This document shows, one piece after another, positions 63,120 through 64,000 of a stretch of 64,000 bases of DNA. The position numbers and the translations under genes were made by a program. This DNA comes from Malacoraja senta. Its lineage: Eukaryota. Each line of letters begins with the position of its first letter. Position 1 is the stretch's first letter. The DNA lies in the NCBI GenBank assembly GCA_038087875.1, contig JAXLNO010000253.1, forward strand, positions 1-64,000, given 5' to 3'. The notes below the pieces were generated by a model. That model saw only the letters and a list, made by a program, of their open reading frames with translations. It was not told the DNA's origin and did not search any database.

Positions 63120-63345
63120 TTGGAAGGAACTACAGATGCTGCTTGATACCTAATATAGACACTAAAGTAACTGGGCAGGAGTAACTGGGCGGGACAGGCA
63201 GCATCTCTGGAGAGAAGGAATGGGTGACGTTTCGGGTCGAAGAAGTCTGGGTCTGAAGAAAGGTCTCGACCCGAAACGTCACCTATTGTTTCTCTCCAGA
63301 GATGCTGCCTGTCCCGCTGAGTTACTCCAGCATTTTGTGTCTCTC
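63120..63345. mobile_element. Palindromic Penelope-derived hairpin element
   Basis: Arms 63178-63240 and 63266-63329 are inverted repeats; hammerhead-like core at 63253-63280. Confidence 0.65.
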
Positions 63346-63528
63346 TTCATTATTCATTACGTTTCTATGTCCTTGTAAAATCTAAAGTAGAACAGGCTGG
63401 AACAGTCTAATAAATGGTTGTAGGAGTGGAATATCACACGTTAGAAATTATTGAACACGGAGTTCCGTTTCTAGATCCCATTTAAACCACTCCTTTACCT
63501 GAAGTGAACCTGTAGTAAGGTCGCCTAC

Positions 63529-63660
63529 CTTGTGGGAAGAGACTGGTGAACGAGTCCAGAGACTTGGGCAGCAAAGCTCCAAGCACGGCAACACACTGAG
63601 TTCCCCAGTCTCACTCTGTGTCTTATGAAACTACAGGACCTTCCTCTTCCTCTCCTGCTC
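63529..63660 (-). promoter_or_regulatory. Second diverged copy of putative first exon/promoter
   Basis: Same CAAG|gtaggcgacc donor and exon body; GAGGAAGAGGAAG upstream. Confidence 0.45.
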
Positions 63661-64000
63661 AGGGTTCAGACATCACTTCTGTTGAAAGCGTTTGTGTCAG
63701 CGTAAAACCCATCTTGGAAAACCTTATTTCGGCAAAGGCAAATGGGAATTTACTGAGCTCAAACATGCATTGGATGCGTTGAGACATGGAACCTCATCTT
63801 TCTAAAGGTTATTGGAGGATAACAAATGTCAAGGGCATTGGGGAATGAGAGTATCTATTGTTGTGTAATGATGAGTAGGTGTCAATCTTCTTGCATCTGT
63901 AGTGATGTTCTGATTGAGTTTAGTTTTGAGACACAGCATGGAAACTTGCCGTTCAGCCCTCTGTCCGTGCCGACCTCTGATCACCCGTTCACACTCGTTC

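Overview
Eukaryotic, very repeat-rich DNA. The repeat families (CR1, Rex1/Babar, V-SINE, Penelope-derived hairpins, DIRS) suggest a cartilaginous fish such as a skate or ray; this is inference. The one clear host gene is on the minus strand at about 61.4-39.4 kb. It is an immunoglobulin-superfamily type I membrane receptor with a signal-peptide exon, eight phase-1 Ig exons and a TM exon. The eight domains are an internal duplication of a four-domain V(no Cys)-C2-V-C2(WxC) module that resembles the CD4/LAG-3 family. Domain 7 has a 2-nt frameshift, domain 6 has lost its second Cys, the tail exon is unresolved, and the 5' exon/promoter block is duplicated. Positions 1-18.9 kb are a three-copy tandem segmental duplication made of a dead R2/Hero-like restriction-endonuclease LINE, CR1 fragments and a 1.2-kb non-TE spacer. 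The remainder holds nested CR1/Rex1 elements, a full-length degenerate DIRS1 with ITRs and ICR, an L1/Tx1 with TSD, Gypsy and Harbinger remnants, a TIR element, SINEs, candidate hammerhead ribozymes and several minisatellites.
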